Assembly (NCBI GenBank): GCA_000934665.2
Contig: JYFJ02001672.1
Location: 1-64,000, forward strand
Reading direction: 5' to 3'
Length of the DNA stretch: 64,000 nucleotides
Source: Catajapyx aquilonaris
Taxonomy: Eukaryota
Shown here: positions 1-12,306 of the stretch, one piece after another
Layout of the letters: the number at the start of each line of letters is the position of its first letter
Position numbering within the stretch: the stretch's first letter is position 1
The notes under the pieces: generated by a model
The model's database searches: none
Told to the model about the DNA's origin: nothing
Seen by the model: the letters and a program-made list of their open reading frames with translations, nothing else
Program-made: the position numbers and the translations under genes

Positions 1-168
1 CGGTTCTTGTGGCTCTGTCAACCCTACATTTTGGTCATTGACTCGCCGGCGAAGCTTAAAAGGACGGTGGGGAAAGCCTGGAGCAGCGCAGTGTCCAGTG
101 CATCCTTCAGGAGAGCACATCTCACAGTCGGGATCTTACACCAAGCCAAACACACACACAGCCAGGGC

Positions 169-976
169 ATGAAGCTGCTTCTGGTAAGTCTTCCCTCCAA
201 ACAAATGCAGTTGGCCCCTGGCAGGATTATACACGGTGGATCAGTGTGACTAGTGACAGTGCTGTGAATCTGTGCTTTGGTGTGCTGCTGCTTAATTCGG
301 GGGATTCTCCTTGTTCTAAAATGAGCTTCCACTTGGCTCTGGGCAGGTTCTAGCGACGTTGGGGACCGTAGCCTGGGCCAGACCCCAGGTGTACGGCGCC
401 CCTGCAGGAGGCTCCGGATTCGGAGGTGGTGGATTCGGAGGCGGAGGTGGTGGTCACGGAGGTGGTGGCTTCGGCGGCGGAGGCGGCAGCTTCGGCGGCG
501 GCGGATTCGGAGGCGGCAGCGGGATCGGCGACTCGTACGGTGCTCCAGGCGGCAGTGGTCCATCCACCAGCTATGGCGCTCCACAGCAGGCGCCTGTCAT
601 CCACAAGCACGTCTACGTACACGTGCCACCCCCAGAGCCCACCTACAACCAGCCCAAGGTCCACCATCCTCCCCCTGCACCGCCACAAAAGCACTACAAG
701 ATCATCTTCATCAAGGCACCTACCCCTCCCCCTCCCGTGATCCACGACCTGCCTCCTCTCCCACATCCTCCAGAGCAAAAGACCCTGGTCTACGTCCTGG
801 TCAAGAAGCCAGAGGCACCTCCCCCACCACCCACGCTGCCACCCACGTCGCCAACCAAGCCATCCAAGCCGGAGGTGTACTTCATCCGGTACAAGACGCC
901 CCAGAAGGACTACGGGTCATCTCCAGACACCGGATACGGTCCACCAAGCACCGGTCCATCCGGAGGCCCATACTGA
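169..976 (+). CDS. Tweedle-family (DUF243) cuticular protein, 2 coding exons (169-183, 347-976)
   Basis: ATG169 gives MKLLL|gtaagt, and the ggcag acceptor at 346 continues in frame as VLATLGTVAWARPQ (signal peptide). A Gly-rich/YGAP N-terminus is followed by the four Tweedle blocks HKHVYVHVPPPEP, KHYKIIFIKAP, EQKTLVYVLVKKP and KPSKPEVYFIRY. ATTAAA at 1427-1432 is a candidate polyA signal. Confidence 0.93.
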
Positions 977-3707
977 TCGCCATGACTTCAGCAACCATCG
1001 CTTCTTTTCTCCTCCCAAACACCCTACTCCTGACCCTTTTTGCCCTCTTGACCCCAGCCGTCCTATCCTCTTCTTGCTGTCCCTCCTCCTGCTCAACCTC
1101 AGGGGGAGCCGACGCGAAACCAAGTCCGACTGATGATTCTGATGATGATGGTGATTACCAGAGACACTTCTTGTGCCAAGGAGCTGGGAAAGCGGCCCCA
1201 AGGTTTCTTCGTTATTTTTTATCCTACGGGTAACCAGCAAAAACGTCGCCGACGATCCTCTTTTTTGGGGGCGTGCTGACGGCGGAACAACAACAAAAGA
1301 TCGACTTGATGAAGATGACAATGATGAAGACCAGGTGCTTACAATTTTCCCTTCTCAATCCAGGAAACTCGCACCAGTCTTGTATGCCAGTGCTGCATTG
1401 TATTGTATGTGTAATATAGAAATTGTATTAAAGTCACTCCATTCTGTACACGTTCCTTCTTCTCATTGAGTCCTTCCTTCCATTTCTCTTTCACAGACGT
1501 AGAATTACTCTCTACACTGTTTCCAACGGGTCAAAATCACCGAAAAAATTGTCGACGAACCAATATTAGCTGTAATTTAATACGCCTAATAGCTTGCGTA
1601 ATATAGACTGAATTAGAAATAGCGTCACCTACAGTATATCAATAACAAATACTGCTCCGGCATTAATTTTGCCACTCGCTCAATTAAAAGCTTTCATCAG
1701 AGTAATGTATTCCCGCTTCATTTATTAAATTCAGTGCATTGCGTCACGAGCATCCAAAAAAAAACAATCATTATGCACCAAAATATGCAGTAGGTCACAT
1801 TGCACCACCATACCTCACAAATCAGTAAAACAAGTCACTCCTCAAAATGCACATACCTTCAAAAAAATTATGCACATTGCAACATTTACCTGGCCCTTTT
1901 TTCAACTTTCAACAGCACGGAATCTCCCAAAACATTGTTTGCAAATATGTTCATGCTCCATGAAAATCAAGGTGTGTATCCAAAATCCTCAATCTAGGCT
2001 ACCCACATAAAAATGCCTGTATTGGTTGAAAAAAAAAGAAGATTGGGTGCTCATTACCCCCATCTCCGCATCATCACCTTTCTTTCGAACCAAGATGCTG
2101 ACCACCTTTCGCCCCATAAGCAAATAAAATGTGACGCTCCACAGCCAAGGATCATCTTTCCACATGCACACTTTCCCTCGCTCGCATGCCTGCCACTCCT
2201 TCCCCGCTTTCCAGCTTAACTTAAAAAGGGTATGCTCATCGCCGATGCATCTCGCTCCATATCTTTTTTTTCCCCCTCACTCTTCACCCACTCCGGTGCC
2301 TCCAAAAAATCTCATTCTCTCCTGGTAATGCAAACTCTTCAACATATCTCGCCATCGTCAGATTGCGAATCGGGCTCCCGTTGGATCCACTTCGTTTCTC
2401 TTGTACGGTACGGCAATCTTTCGGAGGACATGTCTGCACTTCTTAAAAGGAGCGTAAAATGTTATCAGGCACAGTTTTCTCATGATCATAATCCGCGTGA
2501 CTAGAAATGGCCGATCGCACAAAAGGGGTTGTCAAGTTACAACAACCCAGTGAATATCAAATGTGATTATAATTCATGGCGTTTTTTTTTTCCTTCGTGA
2601 CACAATCAGCTTGGGTCATGCCTGGCCAAACCCAAAGTGGACATAAAGGCATGCTCGTGCAATAAGATGGGAGTTCCTTGTCCTTCTTCCTGTCATCTCC
2701 ACTTTCGCTTTCTTCCTGGATTGTTTTTTTCTTGCTCTTTATCAGTCTATGACCTGCGCTGTGGGGAGTACAGCACACAGCTTTCAACCGGTCACAAAAG
2801 CAACAATGGTAACCAAAGGAGGAAGGCACACAAACCAGATCGACGACAAATGTTTGCCCTTTTATCATCCAGTTCGATCATGGTGCACGTGCGTTGGGCA
2901 ACTCCCCCCCCCCCCNCGCAGTCACGTCTCTTGAAGAAGAAATAGAGACGAATCGGCACACTTGTGTGTCGCTTCGCAAATCAAACATTGTCGAGAGATG
3001 GCTTTCCCTTTGAACCGGGAAAATGATCCAGCAGTGTCTTCATTAGTGGATCCTCCTTTCACATCCTCATACCTCACCTAAGAAGTTGTGGGCCGGCCAC
3101 AATAAAATACCAATGCGTATAGGATTGCGTCAACAGGGACTGTCCATTCCGGAACATGCGAATTAAACGCAATTAGAGTCAATGCTAATATTAGTTTTCA
3201 CTCTCGTTGCCCCGGGCCCGTAAGAAAGTGCGATGAAGTAAGAGTGACCTTCCGGTGATTCTGCTGGAAACCGACGACCTTGAGAGATCAGTGACCTCAT
3301 CTTGCAAAGTGCCTCGACCTTCCCCACTTTTTCCAAGAAAGACCCCGAAGGCATATGCACATTAGATTCCAAGCAACTTTTTTGCCTGATAAATCCCACC
3401 AAACTCTTCCTCACTACCCCACTAACCTCCTTCAGTCAAAACGCATAAAAAGCGCACCCATTACGCAACAGGAGAAATCCAGATGCGTGTGGGAATTTCC
3501 CTAGATCCAATTAAACGGAACTCCCCGTGCACGCCCATTGTTTTCCACCATATTTCGGCTACAAACGCATTTTCCATCCCCAGAAAGAAATATACGATTC
3601 CCATCCAGCTTCCCAGCTCGTAAAAAGATGTTACCAGGTGAGAGCCTCCATGAGTCTGATTTCACTTTCTCTGCGCGGACGAGCACTCAGGTCACCTCCG
3701 TTTTCAC

Positions 3708-3789
3708 TATAAAAACTGCCGAGCACAAGCCTGCCATTCTTTACGACATGGCATCCTCTTTTCACTCTAATCGCATCCCCCCGCAGCTG
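3708..3789 (+). promoter_or_regulatory. Candidate TATA/Inr core promoter and short first exon
   Basis: TATAAAA at 3708-3714 and an Inr-like CCATTC whose A (3736) lies 28 nt downstream. ATG3748 gives 14 codons, then a CTG|GTATCG donor. FTZ-F1-type YCAAGGYCR sites occur at 3275-3283 (-) and 3922-3930 (+). Confidence 0.35.
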
Positions 3790-6700
3790 GTATCGTACAT
3801 AACTGCCATGTACAGTAACATGCAATTATTGAAGCAGGGACCAGCTTCCTTTCATCCTGGCTTGGAGGCAGCCCGGTCGCGCAGGAGAACCTGGAGGGTT
3901 GGCCTACAAGCCAGGATGAAGTCAAGGTCAGGATTTTCTGATCGCCAGATGGCTTGCATGTTTCAACTGTGCAGGTATACCGTTGTTCGTAATAGCGGGC
4001 ACCAGAGCGTGACTAGAATGTTAACATTACTTATCTGGCCAGACATTAAATTAGTCGAAACCGCGACATAAAAATTAATGTGGCGTTAAATTGCATAGGG
4101 TGGTGTAATTTCACAAGTTAAATAATGTGTGAGCAACTACATATGAGACAACGCAGTTACACATATAGATATATTACCATACAATGTGTTCCAACTTACT
4201 TAAGTTGTCAAAATTGGTACTAAGTTTCTTTTAGAGAGTTTCTACCAAACGTTTACTGACAGGGTAGAAAGACAGCTTGCGTCGGGTAGCTTGAAATTAA
4301 GCATCCTTATTGACCCTTACAGCATATGGGTTCGGAAATTTTCAATTAAGGCCCTGACAGGACACTTCCGTTCAACGTAACTGATCCTGGACGCAACGGA
4401 AACTTGTCTTTTACCCTTTGGCCCAGAAGGAATTTTACAATGTCTGTAACAGAAACCTGTTTAGTAAGTATATGAAAATAAGTAACATTTTCGTGGGACG
4501 GAGAGATTCCGCTCAAATAGGGTTCCCTATACTGTTCCAATGTCCTAAAAATGCCAGAGCATGGTGCCAAAATTGTAACGACTGAATATGGTAATTAAGT
4601 GAAACACTCCGCAGCATAATTCACTTTACATATGCATCAGACCGTTTCCTTATTGCTACTCGCACATGTACATTGAAAGTCTGACCTTTACCCGAAAAAG
4701 TGTTCCGCTACATGGCTCGTCGTATTATGCACAGAAAACGCAAATAGTGCATGTAAATGCAAACTCGGCGACTCTTTTGAGCACTTCTTTCGGAATGAAC
4801 TTTTGTACAGTATATCCACGCCGCAGGAAAAAAGAAACAAACTGCATCTAATTCTCAAAGCCCCTCACGATTCGTTAGCCTCCGAAGGAAGAGAATAATA
4901 ATTCCTAAACAAAACTATAGTCGCAATTGCGTCTTGCAGTATGCATGACTCTGAGATGGAGGCGTCTTTTTTTTGTGTAAACACGCCCCCACGACTCTCT
5001 TCCACTTCTTTGCCTCCGTGGTTCACTGATTGTCGACGACGGCGACGACCAGGCGGATACGCCCTGTCGACACCCTGGTTCTTATTCATCCAGCCCACCA
5101 CATCTCCTTCCTGAAAAGGTTAGGTCCGCCCACGTACGTTTCTAAATCGCACCGATTCCAGTATTCCTTCTCGAGAAATTAGGACGACCGCCCGAATTGC
5201 GGTCATGCAACTTGCACATGCACCCACAAAAGTTTTCCATTATTCATGTCTTTTAACGGCTAACAAATTGTTTGAAATCTCGCCCCATCTGGGTCGCATG
5301 TAAATCGACTAACTAATAGGTAGCTGAAAACTATTTACTGCCGCAACACGCGCGGGCAAAAAAAAAAAAAAAAAAAAAAGTTGCCACCGTGAGTTGGCAT
5401 AGACATGAGTGCACATGTCCACGTCTCTGAATCGAGTTTTCGTTGAGTGAGTCAAGACGAGCGCTAAGAGAGAAGGCAAAAGGAGACGGAGAGAGTTCCA
5501 ATTCCCACAGGCAATAGTTTCTGGGCCATCATGGGGGAGACCAGGAGTGGAAAGGAGATGGGGGGATGGGGAGCGGATTCTGCATCTATCGTCATGTACA
5601 GATGAGACCCACCCTTCCTTTCACTCCTTTCCCGGAGGCGGCTGCTTGCAAACTGCAACTTGCAACTTGATGGGGGAATGTCGAATGGATCTTGAACGCC
5701 CTTCCCTGCGACTGGACCGATCACAATCAGCTTCTGATACAAATGAGATTCGCCAATTGCCATCGCCGGCACGCTAATTTTGCATGCCGGATCCGTTACA
5801 TGCATTACAATGTATAAGTCCGCTGGCCTTTTACAGCAAGGAAGGGAGTGCCGGCTAATTGTGAAAATCCTATTACGGACCCTGTCAGGACTGGCTTTCT
5901 TGAAGAACTCGCTGCATTGCAGTGCTCTAGTGTATTTAAACTTAGCCAAATTGGGGCATAAAATAATAAACCACATGCAATTATTGCATGTGGTTTATTA
6001 TTTCTTGCCCCAATTTTCTCCTAAGTTGTGGAGCAACAGGCAAGAAGGCATAAATTATTATGATGTCAATATTAAACCGATAGTTTAATGCAAATGCGAC
6101 TCTTCGGAATAAATCTTTCTAGATAATGAAGGCAACACAGTCTATAAAATACAAATGTTCAGGTATGTAATGAAAAGTTGCACATACTTTAATTTCTAGG
6201 ATATTCTTACCATTATTTAATGCTGACTCTAATGTTAGCTACTGAAGTAAAATAACTTTTGCTCATGGGCTCCACAATGCTTTCCACCTTATATCACTTA
6301 AATCGCCGGAATGGAACAAGTTAATCAGGAGTGAGAACATCGGCCTCACATACCTCCCTTAGCGACGAAAAAAATCGAGTAATTAGGCCGGATTTATCAC
6401 TCTCGTCCGTCCAATTGCAGCCAATTTGAGCCTCAACCCCCTCCGGAGTCGTGCAAGTGCACTTTTCCCTTTTATTCAGTATGAACCCGTGAAAGTGCGC
6501 TGCAGGCCCCAAACAGCAGAATTACAATAATGAAAATGAAAACAATAAGGGAAAAATGGAGCAAAGAGGGCGTTGGTGGAAAATCCGACTCAGATGAAGT
6601 GATGGGAGCGTGTTAATTGAGCCGGAGGACAGCCCGAAGTGGATTAGGTAATTGGCTCAAGGTGGGAAAATTAACGGGGTCGGGGAGCCAGGGAGAAAAG

Positions 6701-8942
6701 AGGAGCTTGTTTTGCTATGGAAATGCCCATTGTTTGCTCGGTACGGAGCCCGAGGAAGCTGATGACACCCCGGTGTTAATCCACTAATCTCTTTAGGAAC
6801 CGCAGCCTTCCAGGCCCAAAAGTAGAACGGCCGTTATGTCCGGTCCTTTTCCTTCTCCCTTTCAATCAGTGGTGAGGTAGGCATCACAACCAGGTTACTT
6901 CTCCTAGGGCCTGACCCATTTCGGCCCCTGTCTGTCTTCACTGTCAATATTCCTTTCCCACCCAAGCCCGTGTTGGCTAACGTAAGGTGATGTTTCGATA
7001 TATGACAGATGGAATGCAAGGCAACTTGAGGCTGCAACATGCCCGCACTCTCACTTGGGATTCGGCGTGATGGAGTATTTATAACGGTGAAAGCATGCAC
7101 AAATTTCCTTTGGTGCGGGCGGGTTCATTCATATGGGTGCGATGTGCTGTCGATGGGCGAATCACGTGCTTATACGGAAAAGGACGAATTTATGCAAGGC
7201 GTGGGATTTGGTACCTGTGCGGATAGAATTTTTTAACGAAGCTGTCATTTTTCATGGCAGCTCAACTGGATAACTGTTAGGAGGTCCATTATGCACAATG
7301 CCCTATGAAAATATCACAAGTCTGATCGATCTCATGACGCTGAAATGTCGCTATTGTCGTCCCAACAAATATGTGAACCTGACATACTTGACATCATAAT
7401 CAGTCTTATGGGAGTAAAGACATTAGTTGACTGGTTCCAATGACAACCTCGATTCTGTCACTCAGACTATTACAGTGTTAAGTACGAGTAAACTAAAATT
7501 TTGAATGCTGTTGGATACGCAATTTCGGGAAACGTATATTTAAAAGGGTCCAAATGTGAGATACACAGGAGCTTTCCTTCTGCGCAGTATCAATATCCCT
7601 TGCAGCCATTTGCTAATTACCCATGCAAGATTCCTTCCTAACATTCCAAGCGCTTCTAAAATTCGGCCAACCCACAAGAGCAATTATTATCGTGTCAGAT
7701 CACTTTAAAAGAACGCCATTTCAAGTTGCCACTCTTGAATTCCTTTTCAACTTCCCACACGTTTATGCACGAGGTATCTCAAGTTGAATTATATCCGCCT
7801 GTGTAACAATGGGTCAATAAATCTCGCAGTGTGAATCCAGTTCGTGTGCAGAACGGTCGTTCAGAATAATTACATAGGCTGTGCGTATCAGTTGGGTTAT
7901 ACTGTACATTCCAATGAAATTTATTTAGAAAAATTTTCAGAACCTGCGGAGGGGCAGAGCAGCACTTAGCTTTTTTCACATCCTGATTATTAGCCTACGA
8001 CACCTAAGAGCTTATTCATTAAGACGTTAGCAAGCGAAATGACTGTACCTGAACAAGTCCTTGACACTGCGTCGGATGAAAACCTTACAGGACGCCGCAG
8101 GTTGCGTGGACCTTTGACCTCAGAATCTGCCAATCATTGTTGTCTAGTCGCTGAGAAGCCCACACCTTTCGGTTATCACAAGTGCTCGATCATGACAAGC
8201 TGTTTTGGGCAGTGACAGCTACATAAGCAACATGCAATCATCTTCGGCTGATGAGGCGCTTCAGGATACCTATGCACACAGAACATTTTGTTCATGCATT
8301 AGAAGTGGAAACAAATTAACAGGAATAGGAAATGTAACATATACGAAAATTTCTGAAATGCATAACTAAAAAGTACAAGGCGACCAACAGAGTGCTTGGA
8401 ATTCCTTCGAAACCAGTAAAGGTAGAAAGTGAAAACGACTCCCCTCTTGACCTGATGTTCCGTTACACATTTATTCCAGGAGGTCCTTCCCCAAACAGCA
8501 TCTACAACATTTTGGCGAACACTATATTTGGTCAGTGTCGTGTTTCTTCCAGATATGACGTACTGTACCAGTGGACAAATACTTTTGCAATTATTTGCTA
8601 AGTTCAGCCTATTTTCCATACATTCAGCGTAAGTATTTGTACGGATGCAGTCTCCGTTATTCCGCTTTCTACCCCAAAACTGAAAAGTAGGCAAGGGTAC
8701 CAATATAGAGTCCTAAAGGGGCCACCTTTTGTATTTAAGGTAGGGGACGACCTCTGAAAGGGCAGTACACACCTTGAGTGACCAGCTGAAAGATGTCGGT
8801 GAGTAGAGTGCAATTCCCCATTCCCAACAGTGCTTTACCCCAGTGTTTCGCCAAGACGGATTACTCTTGTGCCAGGTCCCTTCAAGCCTGTTCATATTAC
8901 TATTGATTCAAATAATTTTCCACACACAAGTTCGGAAGAAAG

Positions 8943-9626
8943 ATGTTGTTGGTGGCCTTCGCCCTGACCCTCGCGACCCCCTCCCTATCAACGGAGACGC
9001 CCATAGCCGAAAGGAGGTTCGGCGGCATATTTCCCGGAGGCCTCGGAATGTATCCTCTGTGGCGCATCAGCAAGTTCCATGGATTCGCACTCAAGCCCGT
9101 ACCACTCGGACTAGGACTGGGCATGGGCATTCCTCCTCCCCCGATCATCCCTCCAATACCAGTGGGCATACCACCACCACCTCCAGCCCCTGTTGCCCCT
9201 CCTGTTGCCCCTCCTGCAGCCCCTCCTGCAGCCCCTGCCCCTGCCCCAGCGTACACCCCTGCTTACACCCCAACCAACAGACCCTACTACCCAGAGGCTT
9301 CCCCAGCTTACTCTTCCCAGCAGCAGCCAGGGTATGGTCACCAAGAAGTTCCGGCTTATCCCCCTGTCCAGCAGCCATCGTACGGTCCACAAGAAACACC
9401 AGCTTATCCCCCTGCCCAGGAGCAGCCTGCATACTCATCGGGATATGCCCAGCCGTCTTACCCAGCTGCCCCTGAAGTGTCCGCTTACTCCCATGGCTAC
9501 GGTGGCCCAGGACCGGCCATGAGCCAGTACGGCTACCCTGAGGGACCTCAGCAGGAGCCAATAGATGTCTACCTGAACATGGGCAACAGCTACCAGCAGC
9601 CAAGCGAGCCTCTCGGACCTTATTAG
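8943..9626 (+). CDS. Secreted Pro/Ala/Tyr/Gln-rich low-complexity protein (cuticle/eggshell-like), 227 aa
   Basis: Hydrophobic N-terminus MLLVAFALTLATPSLS, a Gly-rich segment, (A/V)APP repeats and repeated PAY(P)P.Q units. An acceptor-like cacaag| at 8930 suggests an upstream exon. AATAAA at 9794-9799. Confidence 0.75.
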   Translation: MLLVAFALTLATPSLSTETPIAERRFGGIFPGGLGMYPLWRISKFHGFALKPVPLGLGLGMGIPPPPIIPPIPVGIPPPPPAPVAPPVAPPAAPPAAPAPAPAYTPAYTPTNRPYYPEASPAYSSQQQPGYGHQEVPAYPPVQQPSYGPQETPAYPPAQEQPAYSSGYAQPSYPAAPEVSAYSHGYGGPGPAMSQYGYPEGPQQEPIDVYLNMGNSYQQPSEPLGPY

Positions 9627-10804
9627 AGGTAAGAGATTTCCTGAAGCAAAACAGATCACATTGTCAAGGGTCTTTTCATCGACAGATCCTCACCACTGAT
9701 GCTTGGGAAAGGACGACGCGACGCTCTCTGCACCTATCTATTTTTTGTACTGTAAATAGCATTGTTTCAACCGTTGTTTTGAGCAGTGTGCAAAATAAAA
9801 AGTGTTTTTTTGATGAATATATGCGCTGTTCAATTTGTATTTTCCCCTTATTCAGGTGACAAAGCTACAGCTAAGTCATTTGTCAAGACAATCAGTACGT
9901 GGGATCCAAAAAGGGCTCGTTGTTTACAGGAGCGATTTACATGTATTTACGACCAACAACACAAGTACAGTACATGAGTCATCACAAGGTTTTAAGCTGA
10001 AAAGTGCACAAGTGTTGACGAATAATTCATGCTTCCAGCTCGGCCCGTGATGATTACGCCTTGATATTGTCCTGATGGGAGTGGGAAGAGAGGACGGCAA
10101 ATGTGGAAAAAATATCCCGTGATAAATTATGCAGAGAAGGTTATGAGTGGGAGCGAAAGAATGAATTATCGCCGACATTTATCCCTAGTATGTGATTAGC
10201 ATGAGCTGTGGCAAAAGTTGCAACAATTTTCCGTCGGATTATCTTAAAATGTGGCGAATCGAGGGTGAAATATATCGTTTTGGGAGGAATTATAAAGGGA
10301 GGCCCTAGTCTCAGAGACAGGAGGATTAATCACTTTGGAGACGCTGAAGAGGGAATAAAAGGAATTTATTTGTGTGCCTGGGTTCTACACAATTTGACAA
10401 GTAACGGTCGGGACCAAAGAATTTGAGAGGACCAGGACATGGGTCAGGGACTCTAAAGAAGGGACGGAATTGACACCGCGTTGGACTTGATGATTCAGCC
10501 AATGTTGCGAGAGCAATGATCTTCAAACGGGTTTTAGAAGAGTAGCCAGAGCGTGCTCTATTTAGGAAAGAAAACAAGTTGTGCGTAGCCGTTATTAAAA
10601 GACGTGATTTCCGGAATTGCAAACCACCACGCTTTCGCCACAACTGATCGGCACAGCAGGGCTGTAGCACCGTCGTTCTCTGACCCGTCGAGCAGTCTGC
10701 CGGTACGAAGAAGACAGAAGAGCTAGTAGAAGAAGCCACAAGGAAAACCAGGATGATGCGGGATAGTTTCGACATGGACGATTCCGGCTTTTGGAATCCG
10801 GAAG

Positions 10805-12306
10805 CTACTGGGCCAGGAATCCAGGTTGCTCCAGCTGTCCAGCCGATGCCCCTGGAGACCCATGCGCCGCTTCCCTCTTGAAGAACATGCGTTTCTCCAG
10901 CTCCAGACGATCGGTGTCTCCTTCCAGAAGCTGCAACGACCCCTCCTCTTTAATCCACCCCGGATCCTTTCATCCCCAGTAAAATAATAGCTCAGGGCCG
11001 CTTAAGGCTCCCGAGATGCCCCCACAAAAGGGGCTAAATGACAGCAGGGCTTGCTTTCCCCGGGCTGTATAATTGGCCGCTGCTTCTGCTCTCCATTCTG
11101 CGCTGATTAATCGCCAGTCATCGCAGTTAGTTGCTGCTTCACCGACTTTCTCCGACGCTTGACAAAAGTGCTCCTTTTGTCAAACGTTGTCGGAGGTATC
11201 GAGAGGTTGTAGTACTAAGCAGCGCAGGATGGGAACTCTAATCTCTAGGCTTGATCTTCGGCTATTGGGAGATCCTTTCAAAGACTGGGGCTATTTATCA
11301 ACCGGCGGTACTGCAGATGAAGGGTGCCAATATTTATCGACTTTCTGCATCGTAATTGGATACAAGTCGAAACCCCTTGCGGCCTAGCTTGTTTCGCGGT
11401 GTTCAACATAATATAGAACACGGTTTCACTGGTTCATGCTTGACCCTTGCACAGGTAATTAATACATAAGCGGTCCATTAAGACAGGTTCTCACGAGTGC
11501 GGTATCTGTCCTTTCATCGCAGATGAGTTTCTCGGATAGCATTTTGTTGAATTCGTGATAGAAAAAAAAAAACCCCCGCTCTTACTTTTTAGACAAAAGA
11601 CCTGTTTACCACACCTAGAAGCATTAATGAGAGTTTGCTAAACTCTTCAGTTAAAGATTATCTACATCGAAAGTTATAACAAATTAATGCTCTTGTCATT
11701 AACACCTGCGCCAAAAGTTGATTCCGCTTGCCTATAACTTTTCTTGGTTATTTGCACTGCAGTCTACTAATTTGTTCGCGGTTTAAATGAATCGATATCA
11801 TTGCAGACCATTGTAATTCGGCGCACTATGTACTCATTTTCAACAGCCTTTCACGGCACAGATCAAAAGTCGAAATCGCTACAAAATTCAGTATGGCCTG
11901 CACCATTTGCATTGCATAGCCAGCCCCCGTGTTTAATGCAAGCCGCAACACAAAGCCAAAAACGCACGGGGCGGTTGACCCAATATCTACCACCACTTGC
12001 AAATTATGCAACTCGATTCAAGTCCTTTCTTACTCCTGTTTCGATTCAAGGGAAAATTGTTAAATAGAGTAGAAAAACCCCAGCCTGCGTGTGCCTGGAC
12101 CAAGCCGAGAGAGTGTGCCGGAATTGAAATCCGATGCTAATTCTTTAAAAATAGAGGACGTAACTTACGTCTCGAAGAAGCTCCCGGAGTCTCTCCAGGC
12201 GGTCATCCTGGCTGCGGGTGGGCAAGTAACGGGCCTCGGACACCCACATGCACAGGAAGCAGGCCACCAAGCAGGCCACCAGCAGCTGTCGGGACACGCT
12301 CCTCAT
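10805..12306 (-). CDS. Proc: Proctolin neuropeptide precursor, 87 aa, 2 coding exons (12306-12169, 10930-10805)
   Basis: Exon 1 is MRSVSRQLLVACLVACFLCMWVSEA-RYLPT-RSQDDRLERLRELLRD|gtaagt. Exon 2, after gttgcag|, is LLEGDTDRLELEKRMFFKREAAHGSPGASAGQLEQPGFLAQ*. RYLPT directly after the signal peptide and followed by R is the known proctolin layout. The intron is phase 0. AATAAA on - at 10370-10365. Confidence 0.96.

Noticed and set aside
24..1469. Overlapping antisense and alternative-frame ORFs around the Tweedle gene
   Set aside because: Shadows of GC-rich repetitive coding sequence and 3' UTR, with no independent motifs.
2903..2917. Poly-C run containing an N at 2916
   Set aside because: An assembly ambiguity, not a feature.
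6759..8270. CTGATGA motifs suggestive of hammerhead ribozymes (6759, ~8248)
   Set aside because: No GAAA follows the putative stem II, so the catalytic core is incomplete.
8843..9659. Several 90-210 aa ORFs overlapping the Pro-rich gene
   Set aside because: Alternative frames of low-complexity, stop-poor sequence.
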